Source: Thermoproteota archaeon (GTDB lineage Archaea > Korarchaeota > Korarchaeia > Korarchaeales > Korarchaeaceae). Taken from it: DNA of 64,000 bases. The stretch is taken from assembly GCA_027491435.1 (NCBI GenBank), contig JAOZFG010000004.1:1-64000 (forward strand), read 5' to 3'. Both the position numbers and the translations under genes were made by a program. Positions within the stretch are counted from its first letter, which is position 1; each line of letters opens with the position of its first letter. Shown piece after piece: positions 46,063 to 56,021 of this stretch. The notes beneath the pieces were generated by a model. The model saw only the letters and a list, made by a program, of their open reading frames with translations. It made no database searches and was not told the DNA's origin.

Positions 46063-48171
46063 TTGTCTCTAGAGCTAGTAGCTCCTTTACTGGAAAGGCT
46101 AGGGGTTAAGGAGCTATATCCCACTCAGAGAGAGATCCTGGAGAGGGGCTTGATTGATTCGGGGAACTTTGTACTGGCAGCGCCCACAGCTTCCGGAAAA
46201 ACGCTCGTTGCGGAAATGATAATGTACAGAGAGCTCGTTAAAGGGGGAAAGGTAATATACTTATCCCCTCTTAGGGCGTTAGCTTCAGAGAAGTATGAGG
46301 AATTCAGCTCTATATTCGAACATCCTGTTAGGCTCTCCATAGGGGATTACGACTCGTCTGAGAAACCCCTATCTAAGTACGACGTCATAGTGATGACTTA
46401 CGAGAAGTTTGACTCGCTAATAAGACACTCCCCTAAGTGGTTAGACGACGTCTCCCTGCTGGTAATGGACGAAATACATTATGTGGGGGACCCTCACAGG
46501 GGTCCAGCTATAGAGATGTCCATATCTACCTTCATGACGGATCACCCGAGTTCTAGGAGGGTGGCCTTAAGCGCTACCATCTCCAACTTGGAGGAGATCA
46601 GTGAATGGCTCAGAGCGGTTCCGATAAAGGTTGAGTGGAGGCCTGTACCCCTAAGGGTGGGCGTATACGTACCGGGAGGATTGCTCTACAGGGATGGCTC
46701 TTTTGAGAGCTTAGGTCCAGGAGAGCCGACCTTATCAATAACCCAGAGGAGCCTGTCCAACGGAGGTCAAGTCATAATATTCTATAATAGGCGCTCAGAT
46801 ACGATATCAGCGGCCAGTAAACTGGCTCAAAAGTTAAAAATAAGCACGGATAGTGTTAGGGCCTTCGAGCTGTCCGAGAGGATAAAGTCGACGGATCCCG
46901 GGTCTAAGTTGGTATCCAAGCTAGCTGAATTAGTCAAGTCAGGAGTTGCCTTCCACCACGCCGGTCTCAGCCATGAGGCCAGGAGGATCGTTGAAGTCGG
47001 GTTTAGGGAGGGGACGATAAAGGTGATAACAGCGACGCCGACTCTGGCAGCCGGAGTCAACCTACCGGCCAGGACTGTGATAATAAGGTCTTACATGAGG
47101 TATGACAGGCATTTGGGCAGGATGGCCCCTATTTCCGTTATGGAGTTTTGGCAAATGGCGGGGAGGGCGGGAAGGCCTAGGTTCGACGAGTATGGTGAGG
47201 CTTTTCTGATATCCAAAAGTCCCGAAGAGGCCGACGAGTTATTCAGAATGTACGTCAACTCTGAGCCTGAACCCGTTAAATCTTCTCTACAAGAGTTCAG
47301 TAATTTATTGTCCCACATACTCGCACTGATATCGGTTAAAGGGCCCATAACCCTGGAGGGCATAATTGAAGTGTTTAACAGGACCCTCCTGGCGGTGCAG
47401 GGGGGTGTAGAGAGAGTAAAGGATGTCATACCTAGAGCGATAAATGAACTAGAAGCCGATGAGTTCGTGAGACACGATAATAACTTTTATGAGCCTACCA
47501 AGGTTGGAAAGAGAGTATCTGAACTCTACATAGATCCTAAGACAGCTAAGCTGATGATAAAAGCCCTCAATAAGGTGGAATACGTGGAAGAGAGGCCCGT
47601 ACTCCTGTTTATCTCCACACTGCAGGAGATGCCTAGGGTCTCTCTGTCCAGGTCAAGAGCAGATTTCCTGGAGGAAGAAGCCGATTCCACAGAATTACTC
47701 ATCCCCCTGTACGATTTGCCCATCTCAACCTTAAGGGAGCTGCTACAAGCCATGAAATCCGCTCTATCTCTTGAGATGTGGATAGAGGAGGAACCCGAAG
47801 GTAGGATAGAGGAGAGGGTTGGGGTGGAGCCTGGGGATCTTAGGGTGATAGTGGACACCGCTACCTGGCTAACTTACTCCTTCTCTGAAATAGCTAGGAT
47901 TTTAGGCTATGATAACTCCTCTAAAATCCTAAAGAAGCTAGCTAAGAGGATAAAACACGGGATAAGAGAGGAGCTCATAGAGTTAGTTCAAATAGAGGGG
48001 GTAGGAAGGAGGAGGGCCAGGGTCTTGTTTGAAGCTGGATATCAGACGATTAAAGACCTATGTGAAGCTGACCCCGCGAGCTTGGCCGGCCTTCCCCTTA
48101 TAGGGGTTAAGCTAGCTGAGAAGATTGTCGAAGGGGCGAGGTCGATGTGCCATGCCGGTTCATCCAATTGA
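46063..48171 (+). CDS. hel308: ATP-dependent DNA helicase Hel308/Hjm
   Basis: APTASGKT, PLRALA.EK, DEIH, LSAT, FHHAGL, TLAAGVNLPA, QMAGRAGRP, C-terminal HhH. Confidence 0.95.
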   Translation: MSLELVAPLLERLGVKELYPTQREILERGLIDSGNFVLAAPTASGKTLVAEMIMYRELVKGGKVIYLSPLRALASEKYEEFSSIFEHPVRLSIGDYDSSEKPLSKYDVIVMTYEKFDSLIRHSPKWLDDVSLLVMDEIHYVGDPHRGPAIEMSISTFMTDHPSSRRVALSATISNLEEISEWLRAVPIKVEWRPVPLRVGVYVPGGLLYRDGSFESLGPGEPTLSITQRSLSNGGQVIIFYNRRSDTISAASKLAQKLKISTDSVRAFELSERIKSTDPGSKLVSKLAELVKSGVAFHHAGLSHEARRIVEVGFREGTIKVITATPTLAAGVNLPARTVIIRSYMRYDRHLGRMAPISVMEFWQMAGRAGRPRFDEYGEAFLISKSPEEADELFRMYVNSEPEPVKSSLQEFSNLLSHILALISVKGPITLEGIIEVFNRTLLAVQGGVERVKDVIPRAINELEADEFVRHDNNFYEPTKVGKRVSELYIDPKTAKLMIKALNKVEYVEERPVLLFISTLQEMPRVSLSRSRADFLEEEADSTELLIPLYDLPISTLRELLQAMKSALSLEMWIEEEPEGRIEERVGVEPGDLRVIVDTATWLTYSFSEIARILGYDNSSKILKKLAKRIKHGIREELIELVQIEGVGRRRARVLFEAGYQTIKDLCEADPASLAGLPLIGVKLAEKIVEGARSMCHAGSSN

Positions 48172-49519
48172 TTACAGGTATGGGAGCGATGAGATTAGAA
48201 GAATCTTCGACGTGGAGAACCGGATTAAGCTGATGGCCAGAGTAGAGGCGGCACTAGCCCAGGCTCAAGCAGAACTAGGAATAATCCCTCATGAGGCGGC
48301 CGAAGAGATAAGAAAAGCCGCTGAGCAGGTCACCTACGAAGAGGTCAAGGAGGTAGAGAGGGTCATAGGTCATGAAACCATGGCGCTGGTGAAGGTGTTG
48401 TCGAAGAAGTCAGGAGAGTACGGGAAATACGTCCACTTGGGGGCTACCTCGAACGATATACTGGACACGGCGATGGCCATTCAGATAAAGGATGCCGGTT
48501 GCGTCCTAGTAAGGAAAGCCCTCGATCTCCTAAAGGTCATCGTGAAAAGGGGACGAGAATCCTATGATGTCGTTCAGCTAGGCAGGACTCACGGTATGGC
48601 AGCAGACCCAATAACTTTCGGCTTTAAGATGGCCTATTGGTCTTACATGATCCGAAACTCCATAGGTAGGCTAGTTGAGGCCGTTAAGGCCGCATCCAAG
48701 GGCAAGATGTCGGGGGCTGTAGGAACAATGGCAGCTTTCTCCCTCTTGTGCAGGGACCCGAGGAGGATTCAAAGCAGAGTGATGGAAATTCTAGGGATTG
48801 AAGCTGCCGACGTATCTACACAGATAGTGCCCAGAGACGGACTAGCCCAATTAATAACCTCGATTGCGATATTCTCCTCGGTCTTGGACGCCATAGCTAA
48901 TGAGATAAGGAACCTGCAGAGGGTTGAAATAGGTGAAGTACAAGAGCCATTCAGAGCAGAGTCACAAGTTGGATCGAGCACGATGCCCCATAAGAGGAAC
49001 CCGGTCATGAGCGAGAAGGTATGCGGTCTAGCTAAAGTGATCAGGGGGTTAGTCCTAACCTCCTTAGAGAATGTAGTGCTTGAACATGAGAGAGATCTTA
49101 CCAACAGCTCCGCGGAGAGGTGCATGTTACCGGAGGTAATGCTACTCTTCGACGAACAACTAACTACCTTGACTAAGGTGATAAAGGGACTCAAAATTAA
49201 CGAGGATAAAATGAGGGAAAACCTGATAAAATTCGGTGAGATGGCCACAGCCGAGAGGGTTATGATGGAACTTTTTAGGAAAGGCTTGGGCAGACAAGAG
49301 GCACATGAATTAGTGAGACGTGCCGCCATGAGGGCCTACGAATCAGGTAAGTCATTTAAGGATTCGTTGCTTGAGGAGAAGGTGGTATCGAAGTACTTGG
49401 ATGAAGAGAGGCTGAGGAAGCTCACAGACCCGACAAATTATCTAGGGATCAGCAAGGAGATTGCCCTAGAGGAGTTCGAGAGGGCGGACGAATTCATCAA
49501 GGGTGTTTCATGTGAATGA
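48152..49519 (+). CDS. purB: Adenylosuccinate lyase
   Basis: HPIDYRYG, H.GATS.D, GRTHG, GSSTMPHKRNP..SE, HERDLTNS. Confidence 0.96.
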   Translation: MPVHPIDYRYGSDEIRRIFDVENRIKLMARVEAALAQAQAELGIIPHEAAEEIRKAAEQVTYEEVKEVERVIGHETMALVKVLSKKSGEYGKYVHLGATSNDILDTAMAIQIKDAGCVLVRKALDLLKVIVKRGRESYDVVQLGRTHGMAADPITFGFKMAYWSYMIRNSIGRLVEAVKAASKGKMSGAVGTMAAFSLLCRDPRRIQSRVMEILGIEAADVSTQIVPRDGLAQLITSIAIFSSVLDAIANEIRNLQRVEIGEVQEPFRAESQVGSSTMPHKRNPVMSEKVCGLAKVIRGLVLTSLENVVLEHERDLTNSSAERCMLPEVMLLFDEQLTTLTKVIKGLKINEDKMRENLIKFGEMATAERVMMELFRKGLGRQEAHELVRRAAMRAYESGKSFKDSLLEEKVVSKYLDEERLRKLTDPTNYLGISKEIALEEFERADEFIKGVSCE

Positions 49520-50840
49520 CGGACTGTACTTGAGGTTTTTGGGCGCCGCTAGAGAAGTCGGCAGATCTAGCGTGGAGCTCTATTACCGCGGTACCAGGGT
49601 AATCCTGGACTCTGGGGTGAACTTAGGGGCTTCCTTGGAAGACCGATTTCCAGTGGACCCGGAAGGGCCAGTGGATGCAGTTTTACTGACTCATGCCCAC
49701 CTAGATCACTCCGGATACACCCCTAAGCTGGTTAAGGAGAACGATTGCCCAATATACGCCACTCCCCCCACTAGAGACGTCTCAGAGATACTGTTGATAG
49801 ATTACCTGAACCTTTACCCCAAGGAAGAGGGCAAGCCTTTTGAGCACAGGGACATAATGGCTCTAAGGAAGAAGGAGAAGCTCATCCAATACTATGCTCC
49901 CTCTCAGGTGGGCGACGTCGAATTCATTCCATTCAGCGCAGGTCACGTTCTAGGCTCAGCTATGTTCCTGATAAAGACTGACCATGGGAATATACTTTAC
50001 ACAGGAGATATAAACACAACTGGCACTAGGACGCTTAGGGGGGCCGACACCAACCTTCCGGAAGTGAACTACTTGATAATAGAGTCCACCTACGGCGGGA
50101 ACCAGGACATCCACCCATCTAGGAAGAAGGTAGAGAAGCAGTTTGTGGAGAACATAAGGGAGACGTTGTTATCTGGAGGCGTGGTTATCATACCAGCATT
50201 TGCCTTGGGAAGGGCTCAGGAGGTTATTCTGACGCTAATCCACTACCTGGAGTCGGGTAAACTTCCAGAAGTTCCCATCTTCGTCGATGGGATGATAAGG
50301 GAGGTAAGCAAGATATACTCCCTATACTGGTCCTGGTTGCGCCCCGAGCTACAAAGGAGGGTAAGACAGAGCAAGAGGAGCGTATTTGACCACAAGGCCA
50401 TAGAAGAGGTGAGGAACAGAGACGAGATCCTGGAGCTCACAGAACCCTTCATAGTGGTTACTACCTCGGGCATGCTTCAAGGGGGGCCAGTGATCATATA
50501 TCTGAAGAAGTTCGCAGGGGATAAGAGAAACCTGATCTATCTTACCGGTTATCAGGTTAAGGGGACGAGGGGGAGGATGCTCCTGGACGGGATTAGGGAG
50601 ATACCCCTGTCGGATGACGAGAAGATAGTGGTAGAGGCCAGGGTGGAGTTCGCCGACTTCTCCGCTCACTCAGATCAATCAGGCCTATTAGGATTCATAT
50701 CTAAGCTTAAAGGACTTAAAGAGGTTATTCTAGTCCACGGAGAGTATTCCAAGATGATAGACCTCAGGGAGAAACTCAGGAGGAGGGGGATAGCCACCTT
50801 CATACCCTCCATAGGGGAAAAGGTATACCTCAACTACTAA
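49512..50840 (+). CDS. Beta-CASP metallo-beta-lactamase ribonuclease without KH domains (aCPSF2-like)
   Basis: GAA.EVGRS, THAHLDH, AGH.LG, YTGD, ESTYG, GR.QE, FSAHSD, VHGE. Confidence 0.9.
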   Translation: MNDGLYLRFLGAAREVGRSSVELYYRGTRVILDSGVNLGASLEDRFPVDPEGPVDAVLLTHAHLDHSGYTPKLVKENDCPIYATPPTRDVSEILLIDYLNLYPKEEGKPFEHRDIMALRKKEKLIQYYAPSQVGDVEFIPFSAGHVLGSAMFLIKTDHGNILYTGDINTTGTRTLRGADTNLPEVNYLIIESTYGGNQDIHPSRKKVEKQFVENIRETLLSGGVVIIPAFALGRAQEVILTLIHYLESGKLPEVPIFVDGMIREVSKIYSLYWSWLRPELQRRVRQSKRSVFDHKAIEEVRNRDEILELTEPFIVVTTSGMLQGGPVIIYLKKFAGDKRNLIYLTGYQVKGTRGRMLLDGIREIPLSDDEKIVVEARVEFADFSAHSDQSGLLGFISKLKGLKEVILVHGEYSKMIDLREKLRRRGIATFIPSIGEKVYLNY

Positions 50841-50902
50841 CCACTTATTACGTCTGGAACCCTTGCATTTTATCGTGAGAGGAGGGTTCAACACGAGAGA
50901 GA

Positions 50903-51556
50903 ATGATAATAGAAACTAGGAAGAACGGGTTCCTCCAGAAATTATTCGGTGGACTGTTCAAGAAGAGTAAGAAGATAAGGCTGGGGATCTACGGACCGGT
51001 CAACTCAGGGAAGACCACCTTGGCTAATAGGATATGCATGGACTTCGTCGGGGAGAAGCTGGGTACAGTTAGCAGGATACCACACGAAACTAGGAGCGTT
51101 AACGTAAAGGAAAATGTAGTACTTAGGCTGAAAAACGGGAACACCCTCACAATGGACGTGATAGACACCCCTGGAATAGCCACCAGGATAACTTACAGGA
51201 CCTTCCTCAGGTACGGCTTCAAGAAGGAGGAAGCCATGAGGAGGGCCTCTGAAGCCGCTAAGGGGGTTGTAGAGGCCATAAGGTCTATGGATCAAGTTGA
51301 TATGGCTCTTTTAGTTATAGACTCGTCTAAAGATCCAACCTCTCAGATAAACTGGGTCATAGCAGGGAACTTAAAGGCTAAAGGGGTGCCTCACATAATA
51401 GTCGCGAATAAGATAGATTTACCCTACTCCAAGCCCAGGAGAGTTTCCTTGGCCTTTCCGGACACCCCAGTAGTTCCTATATCCGCCCTTCTTGGAGATA
51501 ACATGGAGTTGCTTTACAGGGAGATTTACGAGATGGCCACGAGGGGAAGGAGATGA
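50903..51556 (+). CDS. Small Era-like GTPase, OapA/ArvA family
   Basis: Amphipathic N-terminus FLQKLFGGLFKK; GIYGP.N.GKTTLANRI, S.IPHETR, DTPG, A..RA.EA..GV.EA, NK.D, SAL. Confidence 0.85.
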   Translation: MIIETRKNGFLQKLFGGLFKKSKKIRLGIYGPVNSGKTTLANRICMDFVGEKLGTVSRIPHETRSVNVKENVVLRLKNGNTLTMDVIDTPGIATRITYRTFLRYGFKKEEAMRRASEAAKGVVEAIRSMDQVDMALLVIDSSKDPTSQINWVIAGNLKAKGVPHIIVANKIDLPYSKPRRVSLAFPDTPVVPISALLGDNMELLYREIYEMATRGRR

Positions 51557-51885
51557 TAAGAACCCTAATGATCTGCAGGTCCTGTGGCTATAGCATGGAG
51601 ATATCCATAGACAACACCCCAGAAGTCTGTCCCAGATGTGGATCAACTAGGCTGGAAATATTGGCCTATAGGAGCATAAACATGGAAGATCTCTTTGAAG
51701 AGTCACAGGAAGAAGCCTCAGGAGAAAGGCCTCTACTAGCTGAAGATGAGCATGTGTTCATAACTAAAGTTTCGGAGGGGGAGTGGGAAGTCGATCTAGG
51801 TAAGGTTTTCTCGGATGACGTCTCAATAGCCGAGCTTGAGCCCGGGGAGTATGAGATAGTGTTCTATAAGATTAAGAGGATTTAA
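51553..51885 (+). CDS. Zn-ribbon protein, OapC/ArvC-like
   Basis: CRSC...CPRC; C-terminal G.WE.DL..VF and PG.YEI motifs; overlaps the GTPase stop (ATGA). Confidence 0.72.
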   Translation: MIRTLMICRSCGYSMEISIDNTPEVCPRCGSTRLEILAYRSINMEDLFEESQEEASGERPLLAEDEHVFITKVSEGEWEVDLGKVFSDDVSIAELEPGEYEIVFYKIKRI

Positions 51886-52652
51886 GAAAGTTTCCTTCCT
51901 ATTATGATGAAGCCCGTGTGAGCTATCATTCTGGGCATAGGCCTCGTCCTCTTCTCATTAACCTCATACTGTCTATCCAGTATCTCGTGCACCTCAATAA
52001 GTCCGAAATCAAGCTCTCTGGCCTTCAGGACAGTTTTAGGGATCTGCTCACAAGATGGGACGAATGCGACGAAGGTCCCGCCGTCCTTCAAGGCCTCTCT
52101 TACGACTGCCAAGAACTCCCAAGGGTCTGGAACGTCCATGATCACGCAATCCAAATCCCTCTCGTCAATTCCCTGCTTGGCATCCCTGAGTTTAAACTCC
52201 ACGTTCTTAACACCTAGTTTTTCTAGGTTGGACTTAGCAACGCGCAGGGATTTCTCACTTATGTCGTAGGTCACCAACTTGTTCTTCACTAGAAACGTGG
52301 CTAAAACCAAGGTCATGGCCCCAGAGCCAGTCCCTATCTCCACAACCTTGCTGTCAGGCCTTATTCCACACTTTACTAGGATGAATCCGGAGTCCTTAGG
52401 GTAGATTATCTGGGTACCCCTGCCTATCTTCTCTATTAGGTCAGATAGGCTGGGTTTGTGGACTTCAACTGGGATTCCCTTATTAGTCTCTATAACAGTT
52501 CCCCAGTTCCTTCCGATGAGCTTGTTTAGATCAACAGTACCCTTATGAGTGTGGAAAACCTTACCAGACTTAACCTTAACTAGGAACTTTTTAGGCCTCC
52601 CTCTCTTGTCGTAGAGCGTGAGGAGGGCAAGGTCGCCCTCCTGAATGGGCAA
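51882..52652 (-). CDS. trmI: tRNA (adenine-N1)-methyltransferase TrmI
   Basis: TH.G, R.TQIIYPKD, E.GTGSG, D.PDPW, TRP...M..HTGF; TTG start after GAGGTG. Confidence 0.94.
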   Translation of the reverse strand: MPIQEGDLALLTLYDKRGRPKKFLVKVKSGKVFHTHKGTVDLNKLIGRNWGTVIETNKGIPVEVHKPSLSDLIEKIGRGTQIIYPKDSGFILVKCGIRPDSKVVEIGTGSGAMTLVLATFLVKNKLVTYDISEKSLRVAKSNLEKLGVKNVEFKLRDAKQGIDERDLDCVIMDVPDPWEFLAVVREALKDGGTFVAFVPSCEQIPKTVLKARELDFGLIEVHEILDRQYEVNEKRTRPMPRMIAHTGFIIIGRKLS

Positions 52653-52662
52653 TAAAAACACC

Positions 52663-53811
52663 TCACAGAAGGGCTTTAGCGACCTTAGCTGCAAGTACTG
52701 GATGCTTTAACAATTTCTTAGCCACTGACTTTATATCTATGCCATTAGCTAGTCTTATTACGTCCTCGTAATCTAGGACTTCAGCTAACTTGTTCAGGTC
52801 GTCATCGCCTAGCTTCTCAAAGACCCTCATAGCCTTCAAGCTATCGTTTATCCTCTTCACCCAATCGTCGTACTTCTCTAGGAATCTCCTCTCCAGGAAT
52901 TCCTTTGAAAGGTCGCCCCTCTCTATTCCCTCTGACACAGTCTCAGCCGCCTTTATGCCGGCAGCTATTGATGAGTGGATGCCCGCCCCGGTAAACGGGA
53001 TAACGGTTCCAGCTGCATCTCCGATGATTAAAACTCCATCCTTACTTATCTCCTTTGACATTCCTCCTATGGGAACCGCTGACCCGCCTACCCCTATGAC
53101 CTTGGCCTTGGAGAAGAGTTCAGGCCTATCCTTTATGAACTTATCCAGATAAACCTTGGGGGCTCCAGGCCTGACCCCTATACCAACGTTAGCTATTTCC
53201 TCGTCCTTAGGGAATATCCAAGCGTAGCCTCCCGGGGCCATAGATCCTACATAGATGTGGCCCGTTTTATAGGAGTCCAGCTCAACGCCGACCATCTTGT
53301 ACTGGAACACCGGTATGAGCTCGGTCTTATTGTCGATCCCAGCAGTCTTAGCTACCACCGAGTTGTACCCGTCGGCACCGATCACCGCCTTCGCTCTTAT
53401 TACCTCTCCCTTTACCGTCTTTACTCCGACAATCCTGCTGTTTTCCATGACCACGGATTCCACTCTCTCCCCTACTCTGATCTCGGCTCCTGCTTTGACG
53501 GCTATCTTTGCCATCTCCTGTAGGAATAAGTCCTTATTTATGGCATATCCGTGCAGGGGAATCTCAACGTACTTGCCAGAGGGGGCGTACACCCTCATGT
53601 TAAGCTCGTTACTAACGACCCCTGCCTTCTCAGGAACCCCTGCCGTCTGAAAGGTTTCCTTACTCACGCCCTCGCCGCAAGGCTTCCAAGCCTTTATTTC
53701 CTGATAAGCTTCTAGTATGACCACATTCCTTCCAAGCTCAGCTAACCTCTTACCGGCAGCGAGCCCCCCAGGCCCAGCGCCCACGACAACGGCATCCAAC
53801 GACTCAGCCAT
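52663..53811 (-). CDS. Geranylgeranyl reductase family flavoprotein (DGGGPL reductase-like)
   Basis: VVGAGPGG, KPCGEG, IGADG..S.V, PGGYAWIFPK, GDAAG...P.TG.GI. Confidence 0.9.
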   Translation of the reverse strand: MAESLDAVVVGAGPGGLAAGKRLAELGRNVVILEAYQEIKAWKPCGEGVSKETFQTAGVPEKAGVVSNELNMRVYAPSGKYVEIPLHGYAINKDLFLQEMAKIAVKAGAEIRVGERVESVVMENSRIVGVKTVKGEVIRAKAVIGADGYNSVVAKTAGIDNKTELIPVFQYKMVGVELDSYKTGHIYVGSMAPGGYAWIFPKDEEIANVGIGVRPGAPKVYLDKFIKDRPELFSKAKVIGVGGSAVPIGGMSKEISKDGVLIIGDAAGTVIPFTGAGIHSSIAAGIKAAETVSEGIERGDLSKEFLERRFLEKYDDWVKRINDSLKAMRVFEKLGDDDLNKLAEVLDYEDVIRLANGIDIKSVAKKLLKHPVLAAKVAKALL

Positions 53812-53863
53812 ATTAGCACCAATGGAAACTATTGTGTTAAGTATATCAGCTTTCCTTCCCATC

Positions 53864-53883
53864 AATTCGTCATATGACGAATT
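53864..53883. promoter_or_regulatory. Perfect 20-bp palindrome, candidate operator
   Basis: AATTCGTCATATGACGAATT equals its own reverse complement; lies in a divergent intergenic region. Confidence 0.65.
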
Positions 53884-53945
53884 AAAGGAGCTCAGAGTTC
53901 TTCCATCGAGTAAAGTTTTAAATTCGTGAAATATTACGATACCTA

Positions 53946-53996
53946 GGGGGATTTCCCCTCGTCGTCATTCACCGGCCCCGGGCCGGATGACGGCGA
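53946..53996 (+). other. Structured 5' leader or small RNA (two hairpins)
   Basis: GGGG-ATTT-CCCC, then TCGTCGTCAT[TCA]CCGGCC-CCG-GGCCGG-ATGACGGCGA; starts about 23 nt after TTTTAAAT. Confidence 0.5.
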
Positions 53997-54008
53997 AAGG
54001 TGAAAAAA

Positions 54009-54245
54009 TTGAGGGCGATCATGGAAGCTCATCTACGAATTCTTAAGAAGCTCGAAAAGGCCGGTAAAGATGGTGTAGTGGCCTCGGAACTAGTGCCAGA
54101 CAGGGTCGCCAGGGAATTTGTACTGAAATACCTTGCCAGTAATGGTCTAATTGCTAGAAGGAGGAGGTTCAGGGGAGAAAGGATCTTTATTACATCAAAG
54201 GGATTAAACTTATTGAGATCATTTGAGAGCTCCCGAAATCTATAA
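54009..54245 (+). CDS. Small winged-helix DNA-binding protein
   Basis: L.YL...GLI......F.ITSKG..LL wing motif; TTG start after AGGTGA. Confidence 0.75.
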   Translation: MRAIMEAHLRILKKLEKAGKDGVVASELVPDRVAREFVLKYLASNGLIARRRRFRGERIFITSKGLNLLRSFESSRNL

Positions 54246-54260
54246 TCTCCCTTTTTTCCT

Positions 54261-56021
54261 TTGGGTGATTACGTGTTCAGAGTCAGGAGATGGGACGCTT
54301 CAGCGAGGTTAGGGGAGCTTCAAACGAAGTCGGGCATTTTGAAGACTCCTGCATTCTTTCCAGTTTACAACCCCAACAAGCCCGTGGTTAGTTTGAGGGA
54401 AATGGAGGAGATGGGGGTTGACGCTATAATAACTAATTCCTACATAATATACAGAAATAAAGAGCTGAGGGAGGAGGTCTTGGAGAAGGGAATACATGAA
54501 GCATTGGGATTTGATGGAATAATATTTACCGATTCAGGGGCCTATCAACTCTACCGATATGGGCGCGTTGAGGTGAGCAACAAGGAAATTATGGAGTTTC
54601 AACACAAGATAGGCTCCGACATAGCCTCTATACTCGACGTGCCCATGGCAAGTGACGCTACTAGGGCCGAGGTAGAAAAGGGGGTTGAAATAACTGTAAG
54701 GAACGCTAAGGAGTGGTATGAGCTGAGAGATGAGTTAAGGCCGACTCTCTGGGTTGGCACACCTCAAGGGTCAACATATGAAGACCTAGTCACTAAATCA
54801 GCGAAGTTGATAAGGGAGCTGGACTTCGACTACAACGGCGTGGGCTCGCTAAAGGTAGGGCTGGAGAAATACGATTTTTGGACACAAGCCAGGCACTTCA
54901 TGATCATAAGGAGAATACTAAAGGCTGGTAAACCATTCCACTTCTGGGGAATTGGTCATCCATCGACTTTCGCTTTTTTCGTTGCGTTAGGCGCTGACTC
55001 GTTTGACTCCGCATCCTACGCGCTCTACGCCAAGGAGGGCAGGTACATGACCCCTGAAGGGACTCTTTCACTGGAGGATCTCGATGAATTTCCCTGTAGT
55101 TGTCCAGTCTGCAGTAAATACACGCCAAAGGAGGTGAAATCTCTTCCCAGAGACGAGAGGGAGAGGCTTCTGGCCAAGCACAACCTGTACGTTATGCTGT
55201 CCGAGATGAAGAAGGTTAGAGAGGCCATCAGGGGAGAATGGCTTTGGGAACTCGTTCAAGAAAAGGCTAGGTTTCACCCCAAGCTACTACACGCGTTGTT
55301 AGAGTCGCTCAAGGACAGCAACTACTTCCTCCTAAGGGAGCCAGAAACCAAATCCTCTGGGCTATTTTACTCCGGCCCCGAGACTGAACTAAGGCCAGAG
55401 GTTGTAAGAGCTAGATATAAGCTGAAAAGGGTGAAGATAAAGCAAGAAACGTTTTACAGAAAGCTTTACGGAGAAGTCCCCGTAGGCCTTAGGTACACTT
55501 ATCCCTTCGGTCAAACGATCTACCCCGGAGAGGAAGACCCCCCCTTAAGCCCGGACGATTCGAGCATTATAGAGGCGGTCTTGAGGTACCACGTGGGTGA
55601 TAAATTCTATGAAAGCATAGAGGGAGAGCTTAGCCTGAAGAGGTCTAAAAGGACGGGCATGCCCAGGGAGATACTATTAAACGGGGAGAGCATCGGGTCC
55701 ATAAGGTCCAGCGATGGGATGTACGTCCCAAACCTAAAGGGGGCTAGCCTGATACTGAAGTACACCTCCCCTCCCAAGATGAGGGTCATAGTGAAGGGAG
55801 CTTTCTCTAAGGCAGTGGCCAAGGGAACGACGGTCTTCGTAAAATTCGTAAAAGACCTAGATCCAGAGATAAGGCCCAAGAGCGAGGTGGTAGTGGTAAG
55901 CGAGAAGGATGAGTTGCTCGCCACGGGCAGGGCCATACTGCCGGCTAGCGAGTACAAGGATTACGATCCAAATCACCCGTTCGTCCTGATTAGGAGACAT
56001 GTTTTACCTAGAGAGGGGTGA
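54261..56021 (+). CDS. tgtA: Archaeosine tRNA-guanine transglycosylase (with PUA domain)
   Basis: ITNSYII, TDSGAYQ, QG, H.WG.GHP, D.FDSASY, CSCPVC, HNL, C-terminal PUA. Confidence 0.96.
   Translation: MGDYVFRVRRWDASARLGELQTKSGILKTPAFFPVYNPNKPVVSLREMEEMGVDAIITNSYIIYRNKELREEVLEKGIHEALGFDGIIFTDSGAYQLYRYGRVEVSNKEIMEFQHKIGSDIASILDVPMASDATRAEVEKGVEITVRNAKEWYELRDELRPTLWVGTPQGSTYEDLVTKSAKLIRELDFDYNGVGSLKVGLEKYDFWTQARHFMIIRRILKAGKPFHFWGIGHPSTFAFFVALGADSFDSASYALYAKEGRYMTPEGTLSLEDLDEFPCSCPVCSKYTPKEVKSLPRDERERLLAKHNLYVMLSEMKKVREAIRGEWLWELVQEKARFHPKLLHALLESLKDSNYFLLREPETKSSGLFYSGPETELRPEVVRARYKLKRVKIKQETFYRKLYGEVPVGLRYTYPFGQTIYPGEEDPPLSPDDSSIIEAVLRYHVGDKFYESIEGELSLKRSKRTGMPREILLNGESIGSIRSSDGMYVPNLKGASLILKYTSPPKMRVIVKGAFSKAVAKGTTVFVKFVKDLDPEIRPKSEVVVVSEKDELLATGRAILPASEYKDYDPNHPFVLIRRHVLPREG

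Noticed and set aside
48769-49329. Long antisense ORFs (e.g. 48769-49329, 56531-57067, 18256-18762, 11026-11454)
   Set aside because: Ser/Leu-rich shadow frames of well-supported genes on the opposite strand, with no motifs
50857-50893. GAACCCT/AGGGTTC inverted repeat before the oapA-like gene
   Set aside because: Short stem enclosing the likely TATA box; no supporting RNA motifs
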